A stretch of DNA of 61,959 nt, counting the filler. It is 5 parts of 5 records of this genome, joined end to end, with 100 filler letters (N's around TTAATTAATTAA, not from the genome) between each part and the next. Parts side by side here need not be neighbours in the genome. Positions count along the whole stretch, not along the records: positions 16,931 to 32,294 come from SRR22947727_6019; 4 more parts are not named here. One strand, 5' to 3'. Below are positions 18,078-28,887 of the stretch, piece by piece (positions within the stretch are counted from its first letter, which is position 1; each line of letters starts with the position of its first letter). Under the pieces are notes generated by a model. That model was given only the letters and a program-made list of their open reading frames with translations, was not told where the DNA came from and did not search any database. Both the position numbers and the translations under genes were made by a program.

Positions 18078-19580
18078 ATGATCCGTCCCCGATGGCAAGG
18101 ACTGAGGCCGCAGCAAAACGCTGTGGCATGGCGTCGATGGGACCGAATGGTGGCGATCATCGCCACCTTGAATTTGGCTTGGGTGCTCGTGGATCTGAGC
18201 TACATCCCCCTCCGAAATTTTTGGTTGCAGCGCAACTTATATCCGGTTCCATCCCTTCCCCTGGTGGTTCCCCTTCCCTGGCTTCCCGATATCACCCCCG
18301 TTTTAGATCCACTGAAAGGGATTCGGCCTCACCGCGAAACCCAGGCTTATCTCGATGGCTTCAAACGCCTCGACCAGGCACTCCAAACCGACAGCAGCCT
18401 GGAATCCACCATCACGCTGCTGAAGCAACAACAACAGCTGACGGAGAACCTCATCAGCTCTCAACGGTTGTTGAGTTCCAGTAACGCGTCAGCCCTCGAC
18501 CAACTAAAAAACCGCCTGCGAGCTCGGACCGGCTTGAACTCAGCGCAACAGTCGGCCGACTTACTGCTCAGTGAAGGCCACATCAATCAGAGCGGATGGA
18601 CTCGCGAACGCCAATTTTGGAACCAACAAATCCTTCCCCTGGTTGAAATCAACTATTGGAGAAGCATTGACGAAAACGGTCGACCAACGGACTTGAGTTG
18701 GCGCGTTGACGCTCCGTTTCAGCTGCTTTTTCTACTAGACATCGTTCTTCGCTGTCTTCGGCTGAAGTCGCGATACCCAGCGATTCGCTGGCGGGATGCG
18801 GTTCTACGGCGATGGATCGACCTCCCACTGTTGCTTCCCTTCGCCCGTTGGATGCGCCTTGTTCCTGTCACTGAGCGACTGTCCAGGACTGGTCTCATCC
18901 AACTGGAACCGCTTCGTGCGGTGATTAGCCGCGGCGTTGTGGCCCTCTTGGCCGTAGAGCTCTTCGAAGTGATCACCATTCGCGTGGTGGATACCTTTCA
19001 ACAGCTCATTCGATCGCCTCAGCTACCCGAGCGGGTGCGCAGCCTCTGCAGCCATCAAACCAGCAACGCAAACGAGGATCGGGAACTGCTCGAGTTACTC
19101 AGACTTTGGCTTCCGCTGTTGTTAACCAAAGTGGGACCTGCCTTACGACCGCAGCTGGTGGCTTTGATCGGACATTTACTCCAACAAAGCCTGAGTCGGA
19201 GCGTGATGCCTGAACCACTGCGTCGTGTGGCAGCGCTTCAATCCGCCGAAGCCGAATTCAGCCGACAGCTGGCAACGGGGGTGGTGGATTCCGTGTTGGA
19301 TGTGTCTCGAGGGGCCGGCAACCGGATTGGTCAACGGGATCAAGTGCTGGAAACTCTCGGAACTGATGCCCTCGACCGTCTCTGGGAAGAACTGGCCGTG
19401 ATTTTGGAACAAGGACCCGTTTTGGAGCGAAGCCAAGACCTACTCACATCTTTTTTAGAGGAGCTCAAACGTTCAGGATTCCGCCAATTCAGCGATCAAG
19501 ATGATGTTGACGCTCTGATCAGTGAATTGGACGGACTGAATTTCAGTCCTGCAGACCGGACGCCCAAACCTCCGGCTTGA
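18078..19580 (+). CDS. Hypothetical cyanobacterial-type membrane protein
   Basis: 500-aa ORF with hydrophobic N-terminal segments; no function recognised. Confidence 0.8.
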   Translation: MIRPRWQGLRPQQNAVAWRRWDRMVAIIATLNLAWVLVDLSYIPLRNFWLQRNLYPVPSLPLVVPLPWLPDITPVLDPLKGIRPHRETQAYLDGFKRLDQALQTDSSLESTITLLKQQQQLTENLISSQRLLSSSNASALDQLKNRLRARTGLNSAQQSADLLLSEGHINQSGWTRERQFWNQQILPLVEINYWRSIDENGRPTDLSWRVDAPFQLLFLLDIVLRCLRLKSRYPAIRWRDAVLRRWIDLPLLLPFARWMRLVPVTERLSRTGLIQLEPLRAVISRGVVALLAVELFEVITIRVVDTFQQLIRSPQLPERVRSLCSHQTSNANEDRELLELLRLWLPLLLTKVGPALRPQLVALIGHLLQQSLSRSVMPEPLRRVAALQSAEAEFSRQLATGVVDSVLDVSRGAGNRIGQRDQVLETLGTDALDRLWEELAVILEQGPVLERSQDLLTSFLEELKRSGFRQFSDQDDVDALISELDGLNFSPADRTPKPPA

Positions 19581-19905
19581 AACCAACCAGAAAAGACCCA
19601 TCCGACCGTTTCACAAACGGTCGCTTGATCAACTTTCCATCCTTTGCCAGTGACGCGAGGGCTTCCGAGTCCGACATGGCTTTCACCACAGCTGAACCAA
19701 GGGCGCGATAGCTCTGACCGCTGGTGTTGAACAACAGCTTTCGATCGCCCAAAAAGGCGAATGCAGCGTCGAGATCGTTTCGAGAAGGAGGATTTTCCAC
19801 GATGTCGTGCACATCGTGGGCAATTCCTTGATCCGTGAGCCAAGCCAAGGCCTTTCGGCAAGTGCTGCAGCGGTTGTAGCTGTAAACCTGAAGCGGTTCA
19901 GCCAA
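19543..19905 (-). CDS. ArsC/Spx/MgsR family protein
   Basis: YNRCSTCRKA, LFNTSGQSYR, LIKRPF. Confidence 0.9.
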   Translation of the reverse strand: MAEPLQVYSYNRCSTCRKALAWLTDQGIAHDVHDIVENPPSRNDLDAAFAFLGDRKLLFNTSGQSYRALGSAVVKAMSDSEALASLAKDGKLIKRPFVKRSDGSFLVGFKPEVWASGLQD

Positions 19906-19907
19906 AA

Positions 19908-20297
19908 TCAGCGGCCAAACAACGACTTAATGGCACCAACAAGGCTGTTCGAACCGCGACCCACTCCCTCTTCAGGCTTGGTGCGAACCGTGATGTCACC
20001 AAACACGGTTGTGCGGCAGCTGAGGCGGAAATTAGCCGGACGATCGGCGAGGTAAACCTCTTCGACGTCGCTGCGGGGAGACAGGTTGTCTTGGCCCTCC
20101 ACCACTTCCATGACACAGGTGCCGCACTGGCCAACACCGCTGCAATTGTTGAGGTTATTGAGGCTCTTGTAGGGATTAATTCCAGCGTCCAAGGACGCCC
20201 TACGGAGATTTGCACCCTCAATGCACCCAACCTGTTCTCCTTCCTGCTCAAATCGGATGGTGGGCACGGGTTCTGCTGGATCTCTAGTGCGCACCAA
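19908..20297 (-). CDS. 2Fe-2S ferredoxin
   Basis: NCSGVGQCGTC...RLSC; start may be the internal GTG. Confidence 0.9.
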   Translation of the reverse strand: MVRTRDPAEPVPTIRFEQEGEQVGCIEGANLRRASLDAGINPYKSLNNLNNCSGVGQCGTCVMEVVEGQDNLSPRSDVEEVYLADRPANFRLSCRTTVFGDITVRTKPEEGVGRGSNSLVGAIKSLFGR

Positions 20298-20337
20298 CTT
20301 ACAAGCATCTGGCCATCAAGAGGGGACCAATTACAGA

Positions 20338-20847
20338 TCAATTCGCGGCCTTAATGCAGGAGTCGAGTAATGGCTGCACTGCATGGACATCCCGCCAACC
20401 GCTAATCGTCACGACTCGTCCATCCAAATTGCGGTAAGTGCGGAAAAATTCAGCGACGTCTTCGAGCCGTGATGCGCCGATCTGACGAATGCTGTTGATC
20501 GAGGCTTGTCGTGGGTCGGCTTCTGGCACGCAGAGGATTTTGCCGTCGTAGGCACCGTGATCATTCATATCCAGCAGCCCGATGGGGCGGGCCCGAATCA
20601 AACATCCCGCAAAGGTTGGTTCGGCCATGATCACCATGGCGTCGAGGGGAGAGCCGTCCTCCGCCAAGGTATTTGGGATAAATCCGTAATCGAATGGGTA
20701 TCGCACTGATGCGTGCAAGACCCGATCCAGAACCATCACTCCGGATTCGGCAGAATATTCATACTTGTTGCGACTTCCCGCGGGAATTTCAACGAGAAGG
20801 TTGATCAACCCTGGTGAGGGAGACGGGGGCAGATGGCGGAGATCCAT
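20338..20847 (-). CDS. ppa: Inorganic pyrophosphatase
   Basis: [44 protein letters not shown]. Confidence 0.95.
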   Translation of the reverse strand: MDLRHLPPSPSPGLINLLVEIPAGSRNKYEYSAESGVMVLDRVLHASVRYPFDYGFIPNTLAEDGSPLDAMVIMAEPTFAGCLIRARPIGLLDMNDHGAYDGKILCVPEADPRQASINSIRQIGASRLEDVAEFFRTYRNLDGRVVTISGWRDVHAVQPLLDSCIKAAN

Positions 20848-21049
20848 GACGATCCAAGGTGGTGGGGATCAGTCGTGATGGCGAAATCGAACGATCGGTG
20901 ATGACAGCAGCCAGTGGCGCTCCGAGACTGAAACAAGCGATCAACAACCCTGTTATCGCAGTGATTTGTGCACTCGGACTGAACGGTTCATCAGAGTCTG
21001 CGGCAGGGATGCCGTCGTCACCGGAGGGGAATAATGGGTCTGAAGCCAT
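20789..21049 (-). CDS. Small hypothetical membrane protein
   Basis: One hydrophobic helix ([20 protein letters not shown]); 3' end overlaps ppa start. Confidence 0.55.
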   Translation of the reverse strand: MASDPLFPSGDDGIPAADSDEPFSPSAQITAITGLLIACFSLGAPLAAVITDRSISPSRLIPTTLDRHGSPPSAPVSLTRVDQPSR

Positions 21050-21124
21050 GGAATAGGAGGCTGCAGAGCAGCATCCACAACTCATCGTTGAGAGATGTTG
21101 CCCAGTCTGTCATCGATTGCGTCG

Positions 21125-21592
21125 TTACGCAGCAGGACGGTCTTGACGATCGCGTCGCGCGGCCAGGTCGGATGGTGCTTCCTCTCCTGAGCCCTCAAGA
21201 TGAGCCCGAATCCCTCTGAGCTCCTCAAGAATCGCTCCCAGCATTTGTTGCGTGGCTGTTGAGGGGGAGTTCAAAACCTCAACCGTGACCTCCTTGATCC
21301 GAAGAACATCCTTAGCAAAACGAGCAACCTCGTTGGGATGGAAATAAAGAGGATCTTTTTGATCGCTCCGATACTCGGGATTGAGCTTGCGAGGGTTAAA
21401 AGGAGGGTTGAGATTTCGGGGGTCTGTATTGGTGTAGCGATACACCGACGCCCGGGAACGATTCAAAGACTTCTGAACGTCATCAATGCCAACAAGAGCA
21501 TCAGATTGCGCGGAGACGATGGGGGTTTCCATCGAGATATCAACTGATTGTTGAACTTGTGAGGCCACACTTTCAACAGATCGAGGAAACAT
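21125..21592 (-). CDS. Cyanobacterial HTH-type protein (often labelled resolvase)
   Basis: GIDDVQKSLNRSRASVYRY HTH-like motif and FHPNEVARFAK. Confidence 0.75.
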   Translation of the reverse strand: MFPRSVESVASQVQQSVDISMETPIVSAQSDALVGIDDVQKSLNRSRASVYRYTNTDPRNLNPPFNPRKLNPEYRSDQKDPLYFHPNEVARFAKDVLRIKEVTVEVLNSPSTATQQMLGAILEELRGIRAHLEGSGEEAPSDLAARRDRQDRPAA

Positions 21593-21738
21593 TGAGGTCC
21601 GCGGGATATTGCTTGATGGCTCGGACGGTAGCAGTTGAGACTCAGGTCGTACAGGGGTATCCAAGAGAAACGGACACTTCCGGCAGCGGCACCAGATCAA
21701 GCCGGTGATAGCTTCCAAAACTCTTTGAACTCTTTCCC

Positions 21739-23535
21739 ATGCGCGTCTCCCGCCTGTTGCTGGTGACGCTCCGGGATGTGCCAGCAGAAGCAGAGATTGC
21801 CTCACACCAATTGCTCTTACGCGGGGGATACATCCGCAGGATTGGGTCAGGTATCTATGGATACCTTCCGTTGATGTGGAAAGTGATCCAACGGATTACT
21901 GCCATTGTTCGAGACGAACTCAACACCGCCGGGGCCCAAGAAACTCTCCTTCCTCAGCTACATCCCGCTGAACTATGGCAACGCAGTGGCCGATGGCAGG
22001 GCTACACCGCCGGAGAGGGGATCATGTTTCACCTTGAAGACCGACAGGGGAGAGAACTGGGACTAGGGCCAACCCACGAAGAAGTGGTGACCAGTCTCGC
22101 TGGGGAGCTGTTGCAGTCCTACAAACAGCTGCCGGTGAATCTGTACCAAGTCCAAACCAAATTTCGGGATGAAATTCGCCCCCGTTTTGGGCTCATGCGT
22201 GGGCGCGAATTCATCATGAAAGACGCCTACTCGTTTCATGCCAACGAGGCCGATCTCCAGAACACCTACCTGGAGATGGATCAGGCCTATCGACGCATTT
22301 TTGAACGCTGTGGATTGGCAGCGGTTCCCGTTGATGCCGATAGCGGTGCGATCGGGGGCGCTGCCTCTCAAGAGTTCATGGTCACCGCCGATGCAGGCGA
22401 AGACCTGATCTTGTTGAGCGACGACGGCACCTATGCCGCCAACCAAGAAAAGGCCATCTCGACTCCTTCCAAGGCGATCCCCCTCGAAGGGGCCTCACTC
22501 GAAGGGACCTCAATGGAGCTGATCAGCACTCCAGATGAGACCAGCATCGACGTGCTTTGCCGCTCCCATGGCTGGCATCAAAGCCAACTCATCAAAGTTT
22601 TACTGTTCATTGCCCGCTTGGACGACGGCACTGAACAGCCCCTCCTCATCAGCCTGCGAGGGGATCAAGACCTCAACGAGGTGAAACTGATCAATGCGGT
22701 GGGGCGCTTAAAAGGACAAGTGGTCTTGGACTGCCGTCCAATCCAGGCTGAAGACCTGAACAAACAGGGGATTGACACCATTCCCCTCGGCTTTATCGGA
22801 CCAGATCTAGACGATGGCGTGCTGCGCTCAGCACGCAGTTGGACGAAACAATTTCTGCGTTGCACCGACAGCACAGCCGCAGCCATGGATCGCATGGTCT
22901 GTGGGGCAAATCAACCCGATCAGCACCGCCTCTATGCCACGTGGGCCGATCTCGGTGGAGCACCCAAAAGCCTTGACCTGCGCAAGGCCAGAGCCGGTGA
23001 AGCCTGTGTTCACAATCCCGAGGCTCATCTCATCGAAAAGAGAGGCATCGAGGTGGGACACATTTTTCAACTGGGACGAAAGTATTCCGAAGCCATGGAC
23101 AGCCGCTTCACCAACGAAGCCGGCAAGACCGAACACTTTTGGATGGGCTGCTACGGCATTGGAATTTCACGGTTAGCCCAAGCAGCCGTTGAACAACACC
23201 ACGACGACGCTGGCATCTGCTGGCCCGCCGCGATTGCCCCCTATGAAGCGATTGTTGTGGTGGCCAACATGCAGGATCAAACCCAGGCCGAACTGGGCGA
23301 GTCTCTTTACAAGCAATTGCTTGCTGCTGGGGTGGATGCTCTATTCGATGACCGCAAGGAACGGGCTGGCGTGAAGTTCAAAGATGCCGATCTCATCGGT
23401 ATTCCCTGGCGCGTTGTTGTCGGTCGTGATGCAAGCGACGGGGTCGTTGAGCTGGTCGAGCGTGCCAACCGTGCGGTGCAGAAGTTGCCCCATGCAGATG
23501 CTCTGAAAGAGCTCATCCACACACTGCGCCCTTAA
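21739..23535 (+). CDS. proS: Proline--tRNA ligase
   Basis: SHQLLLRGG, LGPTHEE, FRDEIRPRFGLMRGREF, GIEVGHIFQLG, MGCYGIG. Confidence 0.98.
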   Translation: MRVSRLLLVTLRDVPAEAEIASHQLLLRGGYIRRIGSGIYGYLPLMWKVIQRITAIVRDELNTAGAQETLLPQLHPAELWQRSGRWQGYTAGEGIMFHLEDRQGRELGLGPTHEEVVTSLAGELLQSYKQLPVNLYQVQTKFRDEIRPRFGLMRGREFIMKDAYSFHANEADLQNTYLEMDQAYRRIFERCGLAAVPVDADSGAIGGAASQEFMVTADAGEDLILLSDDGTYAANQEKAISTPSKAIPLEGASLEGTSMELISTPDETSIDVLCRSHGWHQSQLIKVLLFIARLDDGTEQPLLISLRGDQDLNEVKLINAVGRLKGQVVLDCRPIQAEDLNKQGIDTIPLGFIGPDLDDGVLRSARSWTKQFLRCTDSTAAAMDRMVCGANQPDQHRLYATWADLGGAPKSLDLRKARAGEACVHNPEAHLIEKRGIEVGHIFQLGRKYSEAMDSRFTNEAGKTEHFWMGCYGIGISRLAQAAVEQHHDDAGICWPAAIAPYEAIVVVANMQDQTQAELGESLYKQLLAAGVDALFDDRKERAGVKFKDADLIGIPWRVVVGRDASDGVVELVERANRAVQKLPHADALKELIHTLRP

Positions 23536-23559
23536 AGTTCGACAACTTTCAACAGTGTC

Positions 23560-23985
23560 ATGCTCTCAGCACTGGCTCGCTTGTTCAAACCCCTGTCGCG
23601 GGCAGCTGTCGCCCTGGGATTGGGTCTGTGTTTGCTGCTAACCGCTTGCAGTGGCGACCCAGATGCTCGCCTGACAGGCAACTACGCCGATGACACGATC
23701 TCGGTGGCTCAGACGATTCTCGAGGTGATCGATATCCCCCAGGACGATCCCAGCCATGCACAAGCGGAGAGCGATGCACGCTCGTTGATTACCGACTACG
23801 TGTCGCGTTATCGCCCCCAGCCGCGCGTGAACGGTCTGAGCTCCTTCACAACGATGCAAACGGCCCTTAACTCCCTCGCTGGCCATTACGCCAATTATGC
23901 GAATCGCCCCCTGCCAGAGGCTTTGCATGATCGTCTTGCCAAGGAATTGAACAAGGCTCAAAAGGCAGTTGTTCGCGGAACCTGA
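23560..23985 (+). CDS. psb27: Photosystem II assembly lipoprotein Psb27
   Basis: Lipobox LLTAC, LTGNYADDT, SFTTMQTALNSLAGHY. Confidence 0.93.
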   Translation: MLSALARLFKPLSRAAVALGLGLCLLLTACSGDPDARLTGNYADDTISVAQTILEVIDIPQDDPSHAQAESDARSLITDYVSRYRPQPRVNGLSSFTTMQTALNSLAGHYANYANRPLPEALHDRLAKELNKAQKAVVRGT

Positions 23986-24070
23986 TCCCACAAAAGACAA
24001 CAACTTTTGACGTAGGGACACTGGATCTGAAATACTCGCGGATTGTGCAGATCTGCGGCTTCGGGCCGCC

Positions 24071-25390
24071 GTGTCCTTGGCCAATGTTGTCGTCATCGGC
24101 GCTCAATGGGGTGACGAAGGAAAAGGAAAGATCACTGATCTCCTGAGCCGCTCCGCCGATGTGGTGGTGCGATATCAGGGAGGGGTGAACGCAGGGCACA
24201 CGATCGTCGTCGACGGACGTGTGCTCAAACTTCATCTCATTCCCTCCGGAATCCTGTACCCAGACACCATCTGTCTGATCGGACCTGGAACGGTGGTGGA
24301 CCCCAAGGTGATGCTTGGCGAGTTGGACATGCTGCTCGCGAATGACATCGATATTTCAGGGCTTCGACTGGCCTCGTCGGCCCACGTGACCATGCCGTAC
24401 CACCGCCTGCTTGATCTGGCGATGGAAAAACAGCGCGGTGACCGCCGAATCGGCACCACGGGGCGAGGCATTGGCCCCACCTACGCCGACAAATCACAGC
24501 GCAGCGGGATCCGTGTCATCGATCTGCTGGATGAGCAGCGACTCCGCAACCGACTGGAAGGCCCACTCACTGAAAAAAATGAGCTCCTAGAGAAGATTTA
24601 CGGCATCGAACCCCTCGATGGAGAAGCCGTCATCCAGGAATACCTGGGGTACGGCCAGCGGCTCTCCAAACACGTTGTGGATTGCACGCGCGCCATTCAC
24701 AGCGCAGCAAAAGCTCGTAAAAATATTTTGTTTGAAGGTGCCCAGGGCACGTTGTTGGACCTCGACCACGGCACATACCCGTACGTCACATCGTCCAATC
24801 CGGTTTCGGGCGGAGCTTGCATTGGAGCGGGCGTCGGCCCCACCCTGATCGACCGTGTCATTGGTGTCGCCAAGGCCTATACGACCCGTGTGGGCGAAGG
24901 ACCTTTTCCGACTGAACTCAGCGGCAGCCTGAATGACCAGCTCACCGAGCGGGGGGGGGAATTCGGCACCACCACCGGTCGCCGGCGCCGCTGCGGTTGG
25001 TTCGATGGTGTCATCGGCCGTTATGCCGTTCAAGTGAACGGTCTCGATTGTCTAGCGATCACCAAGCTCGATGTACTCGACGAAATGGATGAGATTCAGG
25101 TGTGCGTGGCCTATGAACTCGACGGTGAACGAATCGAGTACTTCCCAAGCAGCTCCGATGATTTCGCCCGCTGCAAACCCATTTTTGAAACGATGAAGGG
25201 TTGGCAATGCTCCACGGAAGAGTGCCGAAAGCTTGAGGATCTGCCGAAAGCTGCGATGGACTACCTGCGCTTTCTCGCTGATCTCATGGAGGTCCCGATC
25301 GCCATCGTGTCCCTTGGGGCGAGCCGAGACCAAACAATTGTCGTGGAAGATCCGATCCATGGTCCAAAGCGAGCCCTCCTAAGCGCTTAA
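24071..25390 (+). CDS. purA: Adenylosuccinate synthetase
   Basis: [50 protein letters not shown]. Confidence 0.98.
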   Translation: MSLANVVVIGAQWGDEGKGKITDLLSRSADVVVRYQGGVNAGHTIVVDGRVLKLHLIPSGILYPDTICLIGPGTVVDPKVMLGELDMLLANDIDISGLRLASSAHVTMPYHRLLDLAMEKQRGDRRIGTTGRGIGPTYADKSQRSGIRVIDLLDEQRLRNRLEGPLTEKNELLEKIYGIEPLDGEAVIQEYLGYGQRLSKHVVDCTRAIHSAAKARKNILFEGAQGTLLDLDHGTYPYVTSSNPVSGGACIGAGVGPTLIDRVIGVAKAYTTRVGEGPFPTELSGSLNDQLTERGGEFGTTTGRRRRCGWFDGVIGRYAVQVNGLDCLAITKLDVLDEMDEIQVCVAYELDGERIEYFPSSSDDFARCKPIFETMKGWQCSTEECRKLEDLPKAAMDYLRFLADLMEVPIAIVSLGASRDQTIVVEDPIHGPKRALLSA

Positions 25391-25430
25391 CGGCTGACCG
25401 CCATACTTCGGAGCGACAAGCGCTCTGGTC

Positions 25431-26444
25431 ATGGCCTCCGACGTCCGATTTTCCAAAACTTGCAGTCTTGATGTCGTCGGCATCGGCAATGCCATCGTTG
25501 ATGTGCTTGTTCAAACCGACGACGCGTTTCTGACGCAGCACAGCTTGCAAAAAGGCGGCATGGCGCTCATTGATGAACAACAGGCAGAAGCCCTGTACAC
25601 AGCCAGTGGCCCTGGGCTGGAGACCTCCGGTGGATCGGTCGCCAACACGATGGTGGGAATCGCCCAACTGGGAGGCCGAGCCGGCTTCATCGGACGCGTT
25701 AAAGACGATCAACTGGGGGGCATTTTTAGCCACGACATTCGGGCCGTCGGCGCTCGCTTTGACACTCCAGCCGCCACCACTGGTGCCACAACGGCCCGTT
25801 GCCTCATCTACGTCACCCCTGACGCAGAGCGGACGATGTGCACCTTTCTTGGAGCCTCAACGCAGCTCGAACCGGACGATCTCGATCTCTCGATGGTGAG
25901 CGACACCAAAGTCCTCTACCTCGAGGGTTATCTCTGGGATAGTCCCGCAGCGAAGCGCGCCTTTATCGCAGCAGCGGAGGCATGCCGTGCTGCCAATGGA
26001 CAGGTGGCCTTGTCCCTCTCCGATGGCTTTTGCGTGGATCGTCACCGTGACAGCTTTCTCGACCTCGTGAATGGTCATGTCGATGTGCTGTTCGCGAACG
26101 AAGTTGAAATCAAGTCGCTGTATCAAACCGACGACTTCGATGCAGCCCTAGAGAGCGTGCGCGGCAGTTGCAGCGTGATCGCGATCACCCGCGGCAGTCA
26201 GGGTTCTGTCGTCATGAGCGGCGACCAACGCTGGGACATTGGAATCGTGGGTCTCGGAGAGCTCATCGACACCACCGGTGCCGGAGACCTTTATGCCGGT
26301 GGCTTCCTGCACGGCTACACCCAAGGGGAGTCCCTGGAGCGCTGCGGCAAGCTCGGCGCCATTTGTGCGGGGCAGATCGTGACGCAATTGGGAGCTCGCC
26401 CTCAGGTTTCGCTCCAAGACCTGGTCAGCACCCATCTGAGCTGA
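25431..26444 (+). CDS. PfkB family carbohydrate/adenosine kinase
   Basis: GNAIVD, GGSVANT, ERTMCTFLGA, DTTGAGDLYAGGFL. Confidence 0.92.
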   Translation: MASDVRFSKTCSLDVVGIGNAIVDVLVQTDDAFLTQHSLQKGGMALIDEQQAEALYTASGPGLETSGGSVANTMVGIAQLGGRAGFIGRVKDDQLGGIFSHDIRAVGARFDTPAATTGATTARCLIYVTPDAERTMCTFLGASTQLEPDDLDLSMVSDTKVLYLEGYLWDSPAAKRAFIAAAEACRAANGQVALSLSDGFCVDRHRDSFLDLVNGHVDVLFANEVEIKSLYQTDDFDAALESVRGSCSVIAITRGSQGSVVMSGDQRWDIGIVGLGELIDTTGAGDLYAGGFLHGYTQGESLERCGKLGAICAGQIVTQLGARPQVSLQDLVSTHLS

Positions 26445-26757
26445 GAAGCTCCATCGCCCAGCGTCCATAGGCCGGTGAAGCCGTCGCCGGCCAACACAAC
26501 CACTCGGGGGTGTCGTAGCTGTGCAACTCCCCAAGCACTTGCTGAAGCCTCTCGAGGCGATCAGCCGTGGTTTTCATCAAAAGTTGCACCTCACCATCCA
26601 TCTGGATCTCGCCCTCCCAGTGATAGAGAGCTTCGGTGGTTTGCAGGCTCACACAGGCCACAAGCCGACGTTCGAGAAGCGAACGGGCTAATGCTTTAGC
26701 TCGCTGGGCATCACCCTCTGTGGTGAGTACCAACATCAAAGAATTCGACTCAGCCAT
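26425..26757 (-). CDS. cutA: Divalent-cation tolerance protein CutA
   Basis: LLERRLVACV, YHWEG, HSYDTPE. Confidence 0.92.
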   Translation of the reverse strand: MAESNSLMLVLTTEGDAQRAKALARSLLERRLVACVSLQTTEALYHWEGEIQMDGEVQLLMKTTADRLERLQQVLGELHSYDTPEWLCWPATASPAYGRWAMELLSSDGC

Positions 26758-27544
26758 GGTCGACCCATTTCAGAAAGGCGGCTTCCCCAACAACAGTGTC
26801 CACACCTGATGGTGAAGGTGGTCGTCTGAGCAGCAACAAGGTCAACCGCTGCTCTTCCGCAATCCGACGCCATAGACGTTCTGTCATGCCACCGGACTGA
26901 CGGCAGACCACTGCTGTAATTCCCCAGCGCCGGCACAACGCCCGCTCAACTTGGCCAGGTGGTTCCCCCTGCGACGGTCGCACCACCGCCAGGTGATCAG
27001 GGGGCAATCCAGCAGCCAAAGCCGAACGCAAACCCAACCGCGTGGGCATGGCACGGGCAAACAGATCACCCCCTGCCAAGCGAGCCGAAGCCGCGATCCC
27101 AGCGAGATGACGTCCACCAACGGCTAACAACAGTCGCTGCCCTGAGAGGGCCATCCTTGATAAATCTGCACCAGATTGGAGCAGATGGGTCACAGCATGG
27201 CCCTCCTCCCACGGGCGCTCAAACCGCAACAGCGGTTGCTGCGCGGCTAAGCACGCCTCAGCCAAGTCGTGGCTGATCTTGGTTGCGAATGGGTGGGTGG
27301 CATCCACCACCCAGTGGAGCTTTGCTTGACGCTTCAGTTCTTCCGCGATTCCCCGCACACCCCCGAGGGCACCAATGGCCATGCTCTCCACCGCCAACCC
27401 CCTGTAAGCCTCCACTGCCGCAGGGCTCACAACACTCACCCTCACCCGCCAATTGCGCTGAAGCAGAGCACTGGTTAGGCGTGGACCATCGCCGGTTCCG
27501 GCCAGCAACCAGACACGAGGCTGGTCAAGAGGAGGGTCGTGCAT
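26750..27544 (-). CDS. cobK: Precorrin-6A/cobalt-precorrin-6A reductase
   Basis: WLLAGTGDG, VVDATHPFA, LRFERP, RQSGG. Confidence 0.88.
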   Translation of the reverse strand: MHDPPLDQPRVWLLAGTGDGPRLTSALLQRNWRVRVSVVSPAAVEAYRGLAVESMAIGALGGVRGIAEELKRQAKLHWVVDATHPFATKISHDLAEACLAAQQPLLRFERPWEEGHAVTHLLQSGADLSRMALSGQRLLLAVGGRHLAGIAASARLAGGDLFARAMPTRLGLRSALAAGLPPDHLAVVRPSQGEPPGQVERALCRRWGITAVVCRQSGGMTERLWRRIAEEQRLTLLLLRRPPSPSGVDTVVGEAAFLKWVDHG

Positions 27545-27573
27545 CAGGATGTGCGCCGAAGACAGAAGCAGCC

Positions 27574-28077
27574 ATGAACCATTGCGTGCTCGAGGTCGAG
27601 GTGATCGACGCGCCGACGGTTCGATACACCCAAGACAATCAGACCCCCATTGCCGAGATGTCGGTGCGATTCGATCCGCTGCGCGATGGAGATCCTCCAA
27701 GCGAATTGAAGGTGGTGGGCTGGGGCAACCTGGCTCAGGAGTTGCAAAATCGCGTTCAGGTGGGCCAACGGCTTTTGATTGAAGGGCGTCTGCGCATGAA
27801 CACCGTTCCGCGCGGCGATGGCATGAAGGAAAAACGTGCCGAGTTCACTCTGGCCCGCCTACATCCGGTCGGTGCGTCCCCCACCACTTCATCAACGGCC
27901 ACGTCATCAACAGTCAATTCATCAACCCAAGGATCGCCGACGCCTAGTGGTTCGGCCCGACCTGAGCGCCCGATCCCCAAAGCTGCGCCCGCTGCTACTC
28001 CACAACGGAGCGAACCTGAACCAGCGAGCTGGAATGCGGCTCCGCTTGTGCCCGATACGGACGACATTCCCTTCTAA
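27574..28077 (+). CDS. ssb: Single-stranded DNA-binding protein (cyanobacterial paralogue)
   Basis: OB fold (RYTQDN, VVGWGNLA, IEGRL), low-complexity linker, C-terminal DDIPF. Confidence 0.9.
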   Translation: MNHCVLEVEVIDAPTVRYTQDNQTPIAEMSVRFDPLRDGDPPSELKVVGWGNLAQELQNRVQVGQRLLIEGRLRMNTVPRGDGMKEKRAEFTLARLHPVGASPTTSSTATSSTVNSSTQGSPTPSGSARPERPIPKAAPAATPQRSEPEPASWNAAPLVPDTDDIPF

Positions 28078-28083
28078 AGCCCT

Positions 28084-28332
28084 TCAGCGACTGGCGTCTT
28101 CATGAAGTTCCGTGGCTCGAATAATCATTTGTCCCAACTCCCGTTCCAGGGCGGCTAAATCAAGTCGTAGATCAGGCCAACGGCCACCATCAATTTGTTG
28201 CAGCAACCAACTGCGATCCCCATCCAATTGTTGGAGGAGTTCCTGTATCTCAGATGACGGGGACTGGGACACGGATACGGAGTCTTTAATGAGGTCCCAT
28301 CCTGGTCGCCAGCCAGTCACAATGGCGACCAC
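28084..28332 (-). CDS. Hypothetical protein
   Basis: LDGDRSWLLQQIDGGRWPDLRLDLAALERELGQ helical protein; start uncertain. Confidence 0.7.
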   Translation of the reverse strand: MVAIVTGWRPGWDLIKDSVSVSQSPSSEIQELLQQLDGDRSWLLQQIDGGRWPDLRLDLAALERELGQMIIRATELHEDASR

Positions 28333-28335
28333 CCA

Positions 28336-28887
28336 GTGGCATCCATGAAGGATTACTTCTCCCCAGGCAGCTTGATTACGGTCGCCGGTGGTGCGCTCAC
28401 AGTGGTTGGTGCCATCGCATACACGACAGGCAGCGCCAATCTCAGCCTGCCGACGATTTTCTATGGAATTCCAATTTTGCTTGGGGGATTGGCGCTGAAA
28501 TCTTCCGAATTACCTCCAGCCATGAGGATCACCCCGGTGGAAGCCCTTCGGAGTCAGCGAGAGGCAGCCGATCCAGAACTTGGAAAATTAGTGAACGACG
28601 TCACACGGTGGCGCTACGGGCAAAAAGCACATCTCGAATCATCCCTGGAGGCCCTCAAGCTGTGGGACGACGACAACCCCCCTCAACTTGAGGAGATTGA
28701 AGAACTCGACACCCAAGACGGGTACGGCCTTCGGATGCGCTTTCAATTGGGAGCGGTTTCCCTTGAACGCTGGACTGAACGGGAGGCGCGATTGGGCCGT
28801 TTCTTCGCAAAAGGACTGCGGGCTGAAATCAAAGATCTCGGGGGTGACCAATTAGATCTCTTGCTATTGCCTGTTCAGGCCACCTAG
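28336..28887 (+). CDS. DUF2854-like cyanobacterial membrane protein
   Basis: FYGIPILLGGLALKSSEL, DVTRWRYGQKAHLESSL. Confidence 0.8.
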   Translation: MASMKDYFSPGSLITVAGGALTVVGAIAYTTGSANLSLPTIFYGIPILLGGLALKSSELPPAMRITPVEALRSQREAADPELGKLVNDVTRWRYGQKAHLESSLEALKLWDDDNPPQLEEIEELDTQDGYGLRMRFQLGAVSLERWTEREARLGRFFAKGLRAEIKDLGGDQLDLLLLPVQAT

